A model generated the notes under the pieces. It saw nothing but the letters and a program-made list of their open reading frames with translations. It ran no database searches and was not told the DNA's origin. DNA of 64,000 bases from a candidate division FCPU426 bacterium (lineage in GTDB: Bacteria > Oederibacteriota > JAAXVQ01 > JAUVAV01), in NCBI GenBank assembly GCA_040756875.1, contig JBFLYH010000001.1, forward strand, positions 928,001-992,000. The letters are read 5' to 3'. A program made the position numbers and the translations under genes. Positions 46,298 through 55,913 of this stretch are shown one piece after another (the first letter of the stretch is position 1; each line of letters begins with the position of its first letter).

Positions 46298-47698
46298 TTA
46301 TTGGGCAAGATAGGTGAAACCATACACGCTGCGGTCGAAAGAGCCCACAACCAGAATGCCATCTGCGATGACAGGCGACGAATTTACCGCCCCCTGAGTG
46401 GCATAACTCCATTTGGCTTTCCCGTCGCTGGCGCGCACGGCCGCCACGGAACTGCCGGCGCCCACATACACTGTTCCGTTGAATTCCACCGGCGAGGAAA
46501 GGATGGCCCCTTCCTGTTTCATCTTCCAAACTATCCCGCCGGTCGAAGCATTGAGCGCGTATAGTGTCTTGTCTTTGGATCCGACAAAAAGATACTTACC
46601 GGAAAGACAGGGAGAGGAGGAGACCCAGCCCTGGGTCGCGGCTTTCCAAGCCAACTCCCCGGTTTCCAGGTTGAGAGCGTAAATGTTTTTGTCGTCCGAG
46701 CCGAAATAAACCTTGTCATCGCCCAGGGCGGCGCTGGAAAAAATCTGTTTTTCAGCCTTGTAGCTCCATTTCGCCGATCCATCCGCTGCCGACAGGGCGT
46801 AAAACGTTCCGCCCAAGGTTCCCAGGTAAACGATTCCGCCTCGGACTTTCGGGCTTCCCGCCACCGGCCCATCCAGATTTTTCTTCCATGCCACCGCGCC
46901 GTTGGCCGCAGAAAACGCGTAAATCTGGCCATCCATGGAGCCGATGAAAACCATCCCGCCCACCACGGCCGGGCTGGAGAAGTTGATGGCATCCCCGGTC
47001 ATCGCCCGCCAGAGCAGGCTGCCATCCTTGGCGCTGAGGCAATAGAGATAAGTATCCTGAGAACCCACGTATACTTTTCCACTCACCACGGCCGGCGACG
47101 AGGTCACTCCGGCACCCGTCGCGCGTTCCCAAATCTGCCGTCCGTCTTTGGCATTGATGGCGTAGACTTTCCCGTCACCCGAACCGATGAAGACTACCCC
47201 GCCCACCACGGCCGGAGAGCTGTCGATTTGCTCACCTGTCCGGTATTTCCATTGCAGGTCCAAGGGCGGGGTGATGGGCGCTCCGGAGGCCGGCTGGTTT
47301 TTATCATTCTGGCGGAACATGGCCCACCCCGTGGCCTTGGCGCTGGAAACAACCGGTGCAGCGGCTTGTTCAGCCGGCTTGGCTTCCGCCGGGGCGGCTT
47401 GGATTTTTTCCTCGACAGCGGCGATTTCCCGCTGGATTTTTTCCACTTGATGCTGGGATTGCGTGCCGCCGCTGCGTCGGGCCTGTTCAAGCGCCAGCCG
47501 CAATTCATCCAGCTTTTTCTGCTGTTCAGCGATAATCCGCTGTTGCTCCGCGGCTTTCTGCTGGGTCTGCACGTTTCCCGAAACGTTGAATTGGATCTTG
47601 ATTTCCTTCTCTTTAGTGGGGCGGCCGCAACCGGCTGCAAAGGATACCATCGCGATTAGAAGGGCAAAAGTGAAAAAGAGGCGAAGACGAATGGTCAT
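46298..47698 (-). CDS. Lipoprotein with coiled coil and PQQ-like (BamB-like) beta-propeller repeats
   Basis: Lipobox FAAGC; Gln/Glu-rich coiled coil; about eight SSP.V..G.V.IGS.DG..YA..A.DG..W repeats. Confidence 0.88.
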   Translation of the reverse strand: MTIRLRLFFTFALLIAMVSFAAGCGRPTKEKEIKIQFNVSGNVQTQQKAAEQQRIIAEQQKKLDELRLALEQARRSGGTQSQHQVEKIQREIAAVEEKIQAAPAEAKPAEQAAAPVVSSAKATGWAMFRQNDKNQPASGAPITPPLDLQWKYRTGEQIDSSPAVVGGVVFIGSGDGKVYAINAKDGRQIWERATGAGVTSSPAVVSGKVYVGSQDTYLYCLSAKDGSLLWRAMTGDAINFSSPAVVGGMVFIGSMDGQIYAFSAANGAVAWKKNLDGPVAGSPKVRGGIVYLGTLGGTFYALSAADGSAKWSYKAEKQIFSSAALGDDKVYFGSDDKNIYALNLETGELAWKAATQGWVSSSPCLSGKYLFVGSKDKTLYALNASTGGIVWKMKQEGAILSSPVEFNGTVYVGAGSSVAAVRASDGKAKWSYATQGAVNSSPVIADGILVVGSFDRSVYGFTYLAQ

Positions 47699-47741
47699 CA
47701 ATGTGGGCTCCTTCTTCGAATAAAGCAGGCGGAGTGGATGC

Positions 47742-47837
47742 TTTCCCGGACTAAAGTTCCCCTTTGGGGACCAATGGCCGGAGCTCCCTCCCATAACGAA
47801 TGTATTCCGCAATTCAACCCAGACTGAGTCCGGGAAA
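47742..47837 (-). ncRNA. Candidate structured 5' leader RNA
   Basis: Perfect 11-bp closing stem TTTCCCGGACT / AGTCCGGGAAA enclosing smaller hairpins, located between a consensus promoter and the RBS. Confidence 0.4.
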
Positions 47838-47874
47838 ATTTTGCGGGGGGATTCAAATCAATAAAATCCTACTG

Positions 47875-47904
47875 ATTCTAGCACGTGTAAATTTAATTTG
47901 TCAA
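47875..47904 (-). promoter_or_regulatory. Sigma70-type promoter of the PQQ/cyclase/J/DnaK/PilB unit
   Basis: Minus strand TTGACA-18 nt-TAGAAT with an extended -10 TG. Confidence 0.75.
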
Positions 47905-47949
47905 TCTTGCTCTATCTATTTTGGCAGGTCAACTACGGGGGGAAAGCCA

Positions 47950-47985
47950 GAGCCTGGCGGTTAGGACTTTAAATCCGCCAGGCTC
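47950..47985 (-). terminator. Hairpin downstream of smc (possible terminator)
   Basis: 11-bp perfect stem GAGCCTGGCGG / CCGCCAGGCTC, 35 bp after the smc stop. The U-tract is weak. Confidence 0.5.
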
Positions 47986-48019
47986 CGGGGTGTGGGTGAA
48001 AACCGGCATGTCTGTGTGA

Positions 48020-51000
48020 TTAATTTAAAGCCATCTCCTCGGAATTAGACGGGGTAGTTTCACGGACTTCCCGTGCTTGCTCCTCGCCCTTGAATTTAAC
48101 GGAAATCAGCCTCGAAACGCCGGATTCCTGCATGGTCACGCCGAATAGAATATCAGCAGTCTCCATGGTCAATTTGTTGTGGGTAATGACGATAAACTGC
48201 GAAAGTTTGGCGAAATCTTTCAAAATTTTGCAGAAACGAAGCGTATTGGCGTCGTCCAATGGCGCATCCATCTCGTCGAAAATGCAGAATGGGCTGGGTT
48301 TGATGAGATAAATAGCGAACAATAAAGCAATGGCAGTCAAAGCTTTTTCGCCGCCGGACAACAGCGATATATGCTGCAACCTTTTTCCCGGAGGACGGGC
48401 GATTATTTCTATTCCGGTTTCGAGCAAATCCAATTCATCAACCAAAACCAAATCCGCTTCACCGCCGTTGAACAGCCGTCTGAACACTTCCTTGAATTTT
48501 TCCCGCACGGCTGTAAAGGTGGTGGAAAAACGTTCCCGGCTTTCCTGATTGATGCGCGTGATAAGGCGCTGCAACTTTTCCTTGGAAGCCTTCAAATCTT
48601 CCAGCTGCTGCGACAGGAAGGTATACCGCTGCTGCAATTCGTCATATTCCTCCACCGCCACGAGATTGACCGCTCCCATGGCCGCGAGCTTTGATTTCAG
48701 TTCTTCGACGCGTTCCGCAGCCGGCTGCGTTTCCGCGGTTTCGGTTTCTTCCTGTCCCGGTTCGGTTTCCAGCGATAAATTCAGACGGTATTCCTGTTCC
48801 AGGTAGGTTTCCAAGGTTTGCAGTTCCATGCGCCGCCGCGTTTTATCCAAGTCATAACCGTGGGATTCGCTCCGCAGCCGGTCGAGCACGGTATGCAGCG
48901 CCCGCCATTCCTGATCGCGGGTTTCTTTCTCCGAGCGCAGTTGTTCGCGCTGGCTCCGCACCCGGCTTACGTTCTCCTCCAGGTCGCCGCGCCTTCCGGC
49001 CAGGGCTTGCAGCCAGCCTTCGCGCTCCTCGCGTTGCACCTGGATTTCCGCCAGCCGGCTCCGGGTATGCTCGCAGAGGGATTGCTTCTCAGTCTGCTGT
49101 CGGGTCAAGTCGGCGATTTCTCCGGCCAGGCGCTCACCTTCGGCACCGAGGGCGCGCAATTGCTCCTCCCGGGCGGCCACGGCGACGCGCAGCGTGCCGG
49201 CTTGGTAGGATCGCTGTTCGAATTCCTGGCGCAGATGCTCGATGTCGGCCTGTTCCCGCAGCAATTGCTCCTGGGTCCCCTGCTCCGCCTCGCCGCCTTC
49301 GCGCACCCGACGCTCCGCCTCCTGGCGTTCGCTTTCGATCTGCCGCAGCGCCTCTTCCAAAACCTGGAATTCCCCGCCCCACGTGCCGGACTGGCGTTCA
49401 ACGTCCTGAAGCTGCGCCTCGACCAATTCCAGGCTTTTTTCAAGCTGGGCGTCGAGGATTTCCTGTTCATGAATATCGCCGCGCAGGGCCGAAAGGCCGC
49501 CGGTAATCTCTTCCAACTGACGGCGCGTATTGTCGATTTCAGCCTGGGTTTTTTGCTGGTTGACGGCCAGCAGGCTGATCTGAAGACGCAACTCTTCGCA
49601 TTCGCGCTCCCTGCCCAGGAAACCGCGTTCGCGCAATTCGGTGCTGCCTCCGGTCAGCCACCCTTCCTGACCGTGCAGTTCTCCAGCAAGGGTCACCAGG
49701 GTGCAGCGGGCGCCGGCGGCTCGTACTTGCAGGGCAACATCCCGGTTTTCCACCAGCGCGACCTGATCCAGCAACAGATCAAACAGCATCCGGAAACGTT
49801 CATCGATCTTGACCAGGGATTTGGCCCATCCCACGACCCCGGGAATCTTCAGCCAGGAAGGTTCTTCATCCAGCGTAAACATTGAAGATTCCCCGCGGGT
49901 ATTCATTTTTTCCAAAGGAATGACAGTGGCGCGGCCCCGGTTGTCCTCCGCCAGGAAGGCCATGACCGCAAAGGCTTGCGCCTCGTTTTCCACCAGAATA
50001 TGCTGCAATTTTTGCCCTAAAAACGCCTCCAAAGCCAGTTCGTATTTTTGCTCGGTCCGCATGAAGGCCGCCACCGGGCCCAACACGCCGGGCAATTTCT
50101 CGGGATGGGCGTTATGCTCGAGCAAAACCGCCTTGGTTCCTGCTTCATACCCTTCCAAACCGTTCTGCAGTTCTTCAATCCAGCTGAGGCGGGACTTGAG
50201 CTGGGTTTGCGTGGTGTTGAAATTGTCCTGCATGGCGTTCAGCGTGCTCAGGACCTGCTCCACCCGTTCCTGTTCCGCTTCCAAATGAGCCCGCTCCGCC
50301 CGCAGCGCCTCTAAAGTGCCGCGTATTTTCCCCTGTTCCTCAGTCAGCCGGTTTTTTTCCCCTAAAATGTCCCGGCTTTGGCCGGCCAGCGTTCCCAACT
50401 GCTGCTGCAGGCGGTCACGTTGCTGGACCAATTCGCCCTGACGGCCCGAAAGATTTTGCAGTGCGCCCCGCCACTGGGTCAGCTCATCCACGATGTGCAG
50501 CAATCGGGTTTGGCTTTCCTGCACAGTCTGGACTTTGGTTTTCAGCTCTTGTTCCAGCTGGCGGAGGCGCTCCTCGGCGGCTTCCAGTTCACGGCTTTCC
50601 CGTTCGCGTTCGCCGCGCTTTTGCTGCTGATTCGCTTCCAGTTCTCCGCGCTGGCGCCGGCATTCCTCAAGCCGGGTGCCGATATGCGAGGTTTCTTCAG
50701 CCAGGCGTTCGGACTCGGCGTGCAAATCCTGCCCGCGCAACGCAGAGGACGTGAGAAACTCCTCGGTTTTAACCGTTTCCTCGGTCACCCGCTGCCAAGC
50801 GGTTTGCAGTTCAGATGCCTGGTTTTCGGCGGCGGTCAGCTCCGCCGTCAGGCGGTTGAGTTCCTCGCTCAAATGGCGCTGTTGGTGTTCGTTTTGTTCC
50901 AGTTGCAAGCGGCAGGCTTCCCACTGACGCTCCACCTGTCCGACCTCGCGTTTGAGCCGTCGCAGTTCGCGGCGTCCCTGAGCCACTTCCAAAGTGGTCA

Positions 51001-51664
51001 GCTCCTGTTTCAATTCCTGGTACCGGCGGGCTTTCTGCACCTGCCGTTCCAAAGAATTGATCTGGCGGCGCACCTCGACCGCGATATCGTTCACGCGCAG
51101 GAAATTCTGGTCGGTCGCTTCCAATTTGCGGAGAGATTCTTCCTTGCGTGACTTGTACTTGGATATGCCCGCGGCTTCTTCGAAAACAAAACGGCGGTCC
51201 GCCGGCCGCGAGGAAACAATCAGATCGATTTTGCCCTGTTCCAGGATCGAATAGGCGTTGGTGCCGATGCCGGTATCCATGAACAAGTCATGAATATCGC
51301 GCAGGCGGCAGGGTACTTTGTTGATAAGGTATTCGCTTTCTCCGGATCGATAGTTGCGCCGGGTGACCATGATTTCATCCTGATCGCTTCGCAGCAGCCG
51401 GTCATGGTTGTCGATGGTCAGCGTCACTTCCGCCATGCCCACGGCTTTTCGCTGATCCGTGCCGTTGAAAATGACATCCTCCATGCGGCTGCCGCGCAGT
51501 GCCTTGGCGCTTTGCTCTCCCAAAACCCAGCGAAGCGCATCCACGACATTCGATTTCCCGCAACCATTGGGACCGATAATGGATGATATACCCGGTTCGA
51601 AATCCAGACAGGTATGGTCGACAAACGATTTGAATCCCTGCATTTCCAAGCGTTTAAAATGCAC
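48020..51664 (-). CDS. smc: Chromosome segregation protein SMC
   Basis: GFKSF, GPNGCGKSN, D.IFNG, two long coiled coils with a hinge (GRAT.IPL, VTL.G), LSGGEKAL, FDEMDAPLD, ITH. Confidence 0.98.
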   Translation of the reverse strand: MHFKRLEMQGFKSFVDHTCLDFEPGISSIIGPNGCGKSNVVDALRWVLGEQSAKALRGSRMEDVIFNGTDQRKAVGMAEVTLTIDNHDRLLRSDQDEIMVTRRNYRSGESEYLINKVPCRLRDIHDLFMDTGIGTNAYSILEQGKIDLIVSSRPADRRFVFEEAAGISKYKSRKEESLRKLEATDQNFLRVNDIAVEVRRQINSLERQVQKARRYQELKQELTTLEVAQGRRELRRLKREVGQVERQWEACRLQLEQNEHQQRHLSEELNRLTAELTAAENQASELQTAWQRVTEETVKTEEFLTSSALRGQDLHAESERLAEETSHIGTRLEECRRQRGELEANQQQKRGERERESRELEAAEERLRQLEQELKTKVQTVQESQTRLLHIVDELTQWRGALQNLSGRQGELVQQRDRLQQQLGTLAGQSRDILGEKNRLTEEQGKIRGTLEALRAERAHLEAEQERVEQVLSTLNAMQDNFNTTQTQLKSRLSWIEELQNGLEGYEAGTKAVLLEHNAHPEKLPGVLGPVAAFMRTEQKYELALEAFLGQKLQHILVENEAQAFAVMAFLAEDNRGRATVIPLEKMNTRGESSMFTLDEEPSWLKIPGVVGWAKSLVKIDERFRMLFDLLLDQVALVENRDVALQVRAAGARCTLVTLAGELHGQEGWLTGGSTELRERGFLGRERECEELRLQISLLAVNQQKTQAEIDNTRRQLEEITGGLSALRGDIHEQEILDAQLEKSLELVEAQLQDVERQSGTWGGEFQVLEEALRQIESERQEAERRVREGGEAEQGTQEQLLREQADIEHLRQEFEQRSYQAGTLRVAVAAREEQLRALGAEGERLAGEIADLTRQQTEKQSLCEHTRSRLAEIQVQREEREGWLQALAGRRGDLEENVSRVRSQREQLRSEKETRDQEWRALHTVLDRLRSESHGYDLDKTRRRMELQTLETYLEQEYRLNLSLETEPGQEETETAETQPAAERVEELKSKLAAMGAVNLVAVEEYDELQQRYTFLSQQLEDLKASKEKLQRLITRINQESRERFSTTFTAVREKFKEVFRRLFNGGEADLVLVDELDLLETGIEIIARPPGKRLQHISLLSGGEKALTAIALLFAIYLIKPSPFCIFDEMDAPLDDANTLRFCKILKDFAKLSQFIVITHNKLTMETADILFGVTMQESGVSRLISVKFKGEEQAREVRETTPSNSEEMALN

Positions 51665-51680
51665 GAGCTTATCTCCTTCA

Positions 51681-51792
51681 CCCCAAAATATTGGGGTTGA
51701 AATACGGAATAACCACTAGGAAAACCCACACATGGCCATATCATATACCAAATTTTGGGATATTGAAAAGAAAAAAACACAATATAATGTGG
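51681..51792. promoter_or_regulatory. Array of NrdR-box-like 16-mers at 32-bp spacing upstream of smc
   Basis: CCCCAAAATATTGGGG (51681), CCACTAGGAAAACCCA (51713, half site), ATACCAAATTTTGGGA (51745), ACACAATATAATGTGG (51777), compared with the consensus acaCwAtATaTwGtgt. Confidence 0.65.
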
Positions 51793-51889
51793 ATTCCGAG
51801 TTTGTCTTTTATTTTTGGGCTTTTTCAGGAAGGTGACAAGTGCTGAAGAGGGGTTTTCGTGAACAGATAATAACTTCGATAAAGGGAAT

Positions 51890-52762
51890 TCAAATACCCC
51901 AGAGAGTCAGGCGGGCGCGGTTGGCGTCAGATAGAGTCTTCTCCCGATGCAGAAACAGGGTTTGATTGGCGGAAAAAGCCAGCGCGGAAACCCCTGCCTT
52001 CTTCATGTTTTGGACGGTCAGGGGGCCGATAACCGGTACGTCAAAACGGAAATCCTGGTTGGGTTTGGCGACTTTCACGACCACCGCGCCCCCGCGCGCC
52101 AGCTGGCCTGCACGGAGGATGCAGGCATCGGTTCCTTCCATGGCTTCCACTGCCACCACGGCTTGGTTTTTCACGATGACGGTCTGGCCGATATCCGCCC
52201 CCGCCACGTGCCGGGCGATGCGGTAGCCGAACCGGACGTCTTTGCGTTCGCGGAGCGTGGGACGCCGTTTGGTCAGACAACCGCGCGGCGGCAGGTGGGC
52301 TTTCAACCACGGCAAAGGCGATATCAATTCAATGCCTTCCTTGGCCAGGGTCTCTGCCACTGCGCCCAGAATCGCGTTGGCCCGTTTGTCTTTCAAACCC
52401 GCCAGGAGCTTGACCGCCCGCCAATCGAGCCGAAACAGATTGTAAATGCGGCGGTGCTTCACCACGCCTGCCAGCACGGCTTCGACCGCCCCGGCGTTTT
52501 TCAACAAACGGATCACACGGCCCACCTGGCCGAGGCTTGACCAATACCACTCATCCACGAGCTGCGCCAAACCTGGATCCGTTTCACCTCTGAACCCGAC
52601 CGCAACCACACGGCGGCCTTGCTCACGCGCCGCCCGGGCCACTAGAAAGGGAAAATCCCCCCAACCGGCTATGAGTCCCAGCGTGCGAATTCCGGTTTTG
52701 CTCCCTGGGATCGGGCGGGATGAGGCCGATTTCCTATGGGCGGAAGGAACTGGTTTGCTCAT
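51890..52762 (-). CDS. lpxI: UDP-2,3-diacylglucosamine diphosphatase LpxI
   Basis: LGLIAG.G.FP, DIGQTV.V..VAVEA.EGTD..I.R, VKV.KP.QD.RFD.P.IG; follows lpxA. Confidence 0.93.
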   Translation of the reverse strand: MSKPVPSAHRKSASSRPIPGSKTGIRTLGLIAGWGDFPFLVARAAREQGRRVVAVGFRGETDPGLAQLVDEWYWSSLGQVGRVIRLLKNAGAVEAVLAGVVKHRRIYNLFRLDWRAVKLLAGLKDKRANAILGAVAETLAKEGIELISPLPWLKAHLPPRGCLTKRRPTLRERKDVRFGYRIARHVAGADIGQTVIVKNQAVVAVEAMEGTDACILRAGQLARGGAVVVKVAKPNQDFRFDVPVIGPLTVQNMKKAGVSALAFSANQTLFLHREKTLSDANRARLTLWGI

Positions 52763-53532
52763 TTGGCGATGCCACGGTCCGAAGCCTTGATAAAAGCCAC
52801 CAGCAAGGCAATTTCAGGTTCCGGCGGTTCCGCTTCCAGTCGTTCCAGGGCTTGGGTGATGTTCAGTTTGGAGCGGTAAAGAATCCGGTAGGCCCGCTCC
52901 ACCACGGCCAACCGCTCCGGGCTGAACCCCTTGCGCTCAAGACCGACGCGGTTGATGCCAGCAATGCGCAGGGGCGATCCTCCGCAGAGGATATAGGGCG
53001 GAATGTCCTTGGGCACGCGCGAACCGCCGCCGATCATGGCGTATGATCCGATGCGGACACCCTGGTGGATGGTATCCAGGCCGCCAATGTTGGCATGATC
53101 CATAATGGTGACATGCCCCGCCATGCCGATCGCATTGGCCAGTATGTTATGGTTGCCGATGGTGCAGTTGTGCGCCACGTGGCAGTACGCCATGAAAAGG
53201 TTGTCGCTGCCGATGACCGTGGCTTTGTCTTCGCCGGTGGCGCGGTTCATGGTCACATATTCCCGGATAATGTTGCGGTCGCCCACGCGCAAATAGGAGC
53301 GCTCGCCCCGGTACTTTAAATCCTGGCATTCAGTCCCCAGAATCGCGCCCGTGAAAATGCGGCAATCGGCGCCGATCGCGGTCCAGCCGTCGATGACGGC
53401 GTAGGGGCCCACTTGAGTGCGCTCGCCGATCACCACATGTTCGCCGATCAAGGCTCCGGGGCCGACTACCACGCCTTCGCCTAAACGGGCATGGGGATGG
53501 ACGATCGCCGCGGGATGGATGGTTGCGCTCAT
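52759..53532 (-). CDS. lpxA: UDP-N-acetylglucosamine O-acyltransferase LpxA
   Basis: IHP.AIV, hexapeptide repeats, QDLKY.GE, IREYVT.NR.T, MAY.HVAH.C, GHV, HQ, DIPPY, N.VGL.R.GF. Confidence 0.97.
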   Translation of the reverse strand: MSATIHPAAIVHPHARLGEGVVVGPGALIGEHVVIGERTQVGPYAVIDGWTAIGADCRIFTGAILGTECQDLKYRGERSYLRVGDRNIIREYVTMNRATGEDKATVIGSDNLFMAYCHVAHNCTIGNHNILANAIGMAGHVTIMDHANIGGLDTIHQGVRIGSYAMIGGGSRVPKDIPPYILCGGSPLRIAGINRVGLERKGFSPERLAVVERAYRILYRSKLNITQALERLEAEPPEPEIALLVAFIKASDRGIAK

Positions 53533-53547
53533 GGGTTGGTCTCCGGC

Positions 53548-54846
53548 TTAACGGTCCACAACGGTGGACATGAGTTCAGCTTCGCAAACCAGGTCATTGC
53601 CGACGAAAGCCTTGCCGTTCATTTTGGCGATCCGGCTCTTGATTTTGTCCACTTCCAGTTCGAACCGCAGCTGGTCTCCGGGAAGGACGGGTTTGCGGAA
53701 TTTCACGTTGTTGATGGCTACGAAATACACCACCTTGCCCTTTGATTCCGGCGAACTTTTCATGAGCAGGACGCCGCCGCACTGTGCCATGGCTTCCACG
53801 ATCAGCACCCCGGGCATAATGGGGTGGCCCGGAAAATGCCCCTGGAAAAAATGTTCGTTCACCGTCACGTTTTTAATTCCGACCACCCGTTTCCCTTCCT
53901 CCAGTTCGATGACGCGGTCGATCAGCAGCATGGGATAACGGTGCGGCAGCAATTGTTCGATTTCCTTGGCATCAATAACCACTTCTTGTTTCCCCCTCTC
54001 CTCGGGTTGAGTATGCATCAGTTTTTTAACCAACTGAACGTTCAAATCATGGCCGCTGCGCTCCGCGACCACGTGCCCTTCCAGCCGGTTTCCCAACAAA
54101 GCCAGATCGCCGATGACGTCCAGCACCTTGTGGCCGGCCAATTCCCGTTCACAACGGAAGGGCGGATTTTTCAAGCCGGCGGGCGAGAGCACCAGACAAT
54201 TTTCCAGCGTGCCGCCCTGGGCCAGCCCCTGGGCTTTCAGCGCTTCGATTTCGCTTTCAAAACAAAAGGTCCGGCAGGGCGCGATCTCGCGCAGGAAAGT
54301 CTCGCGCGTCACGTCCACGTCCACCCGTTGGGAAGGAACCTGGCCTGTTTCATAGGCCAGTTGATAAGTGATGCGGAGGCCCGGGCGGGGCCAGATCACA
54401 ACCGCCTTGTTCAAACCCTGCACCTGCACGGGCCGTTCCGGCCGGACAACCACGGCTTCGGTTCCGGGCAGTTCCACGATTCCGGCTTCCAGCAGCAGTT
54501 GCGCGAAAGGAAGCGCGGAACCGTCGCCCGCCGGCGGTTCCGGGCCGGACAATTCGACGAGGCAATTGTCGACGCCCATGCCGGCCAAGGCGGCCAGCAC
54601 GTGTTCCACCGTGTGCACTTCCACGCCGTTCTCCGCCAAGGTGGTGCCACGGTGCGAGCGAACGACCTGTTCGGCGCGCGCATGTATTTGAGGCCGCCCG
54701 GGCAGTTCGGTCCGGACGAAAATCCGGCCCGTGCCAGCCGGCGCGGGCGCGAACGTCAGCGTGCAGGTCTTTCCGGTATGCAATCCAACGCCGTCCAATG
54801 AACGGGCCCGGGCAATGGTGGTTTGCGGAGAGCGCGCTGGGCTCAC
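53548..54846 (-). CDS. lpxC-fabZ: Bifunctional LpxC deacetylase / FabZ dehydratase fusion
   Basis: Q.TI..G.GLHTG, TVEH.LAAL..DN, GDGSA, IAP.RTF, HK.LD.IGDL; then LPHRYP.LLID, KNVT.NE.FF.GHFP..PIMPGVL.VEAMAQ. Confidence 0.96.
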   Translation of the reverse strand: MSPARSPQTTIARARSLDGVGLHTGKTCTLTFAPAPAGTGRIFVRTELPGRPQIHARAEQVVRSHRGTTLAENGVEVHTVEHVLAALAGMGVDNCLVELSGPEPPAGDGSALPFAQLLLEAGIVELPGTEAVVVRPERPVQVQGLNKAVVIWPRPGLRITYQLAYETGQVPSQRVDVDVTRETFLREIAPCRTFCFESEIEALKAQGLAQGGTLENCLVLSPAGLKNPPFRCERELAGHKVLDVIGDLALLGNRLEGHVVAERSGHDLNVQLVKKLMHTQPEERGKQEVVIDAKEIEQLLPHRYPMLLIDRVIELEEGKRVVGIKNVTVNEHFFQGHFPGHPIMPGVLIVEAMAQCGGVLLMKSSPESKGKVVYFVAINNVKFRKPVLPGDQLRFELEVDKIKSRIAKMNGKAFVGNDLVCEAELMSTVVDR

Positions 54847-55877
54847 TTCCCCTCCAGCGCCTTGAGCCGTTTCTCGAGCTGTTCGATTCTCCTGCGCATC
54901 TCGGTCAATTTGCCGTATTCCGCCAGCAAGCGCATGGCTTCGCGGTGCGGACGGGCGGGGCAGCCGAAGACCGCGCCTCCGGGCTCCACGTCGCGCAGGA
55001 TGCCGGACTGCGCAGCCAGTACCGCGTTGTCGCCGACCGTAAGATGTCCGGCGGTCCCCACCTGGCCGCCGACCATCACGTGCCGTCCCAGAATCGTGCT
55101 GCCGCTGAATCCGGTTTGTGCGGCCACCACCGTATGGGGGCCGATCTGAACGTTATGAGCGATCTGGACCAGATTGTCGATTTTGCAGCCTTGCCCCAGG
55201 CGGGTTTCACCCAGCGTGGCCCGGTCGATGGTGACAGCAGCCCCGATCTCGACGTCGTCTTCGATGACGATCGTTCCGATTTGCGGGAGTTTACGGTAAT
55301 GCTCTCCCTCGGGCACAAAACCGAAACCATCGGCGCCCAGCACCGCGCCCGGATGGATAATGACGCGTTGGCCGATGCGGATCCGCTCCCGCACCACCAC
55401 CTGGGGATATAAAATGCAATCACCACCCACCTGGGTGTCATCGCCGATAAAAACCTGGGCCACCAGAACGGTGCGCGCGCCGATCACGGCGCGGGCGCCC
55501 ACGACGCAGAACGGCCCCACCGCCGCCCCTGGCTCCACCACGGCTTCCGGATGGACTACAGCTGAAGGATGCACGCCGGCCGGAGGGAATGGAACCGGCG
55601 GGGCAAAAAGTTCCGCCACCTTGGCAAAGGCCAGATAAGGATTTCGATTTACCAGGCAGGGTTTATCCCAATCAATGTCCGGAGGAATAATGACGGCAGA
55701 CGCTTGGGTGGCGGAAAGCTGGGGCCGGTGCTTCTTATCAGCCACAAACGTCAGCAGCCCCGGACCGGCCTGATCCAGCGGACCCACGCCGGTGATGACC
55801 ACCGCCTCGGCGCCCGGTCCGCGCACCTCCGAACCGGTCAGGGTCCCCAGTTCCCGCAGGGTTTTTTCATTCGGCAT
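54843..55877 (-). CDS. lpxD: UDP-3-O-acylglucosamine N-acyltransferase LpxD
   Basis: NPYLAF, hexapeptide repeats, GADGFGF, KLPQIG, DDVEIGA..TIDR, KIDNLVQIAHN. Confidence 0.97.
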   Translation of the reverse strand: MPNEKTLRELGTLTGSEVRGPGAEAVVITGVGPLDQAGPGLLTFVADKKHRPQLSATQASAVIIPPDIDWDKPCLVNRNPYLAFAKVAELFAPPVPFPPAGVHPSAVVHPEAVVEPGAAVGPFCVVGARAVIGARTVLVAQVFIGDDTQVGGDCILYPQVVVRERIRIGQRVIIHPGAVLGADGFGFVPEGEHYRKLPQIGTIVIEDDVEIGAAVTIDRATLGETRLGQGCKIDNLVQIAHNVQIGPHTVVAAQTGFSGSTILGRHVMVGGQVGTAGHLTVGDNAVLAAQSGILRDVEPGGAVFGCPARPHREAMRLLAEYGKLTEMRRRIEQLEKRLKALEGK

Positions 55878-55913
55878 GGCTTCGCCTCCCCTCCGCGTGC
55901 GGCAGGCGTCCGC

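Noticed and set aside
46298-47698. Calling the PQQ-repeat lipoprotein bamB
   Set aside because: The fold is similar, but it has an extra coiled coil and is linked to the pseudo-cyclase unit rather than the bam genes; orthology is unsupported.
48691-51151. Long plus-strand ORFs opposite smc, and similar ones opposite cimA, dnaK, lpx, bamA and tamB
   Set aside because: Antisense shadows expected in high-GC DNA; no recognisable motifs.
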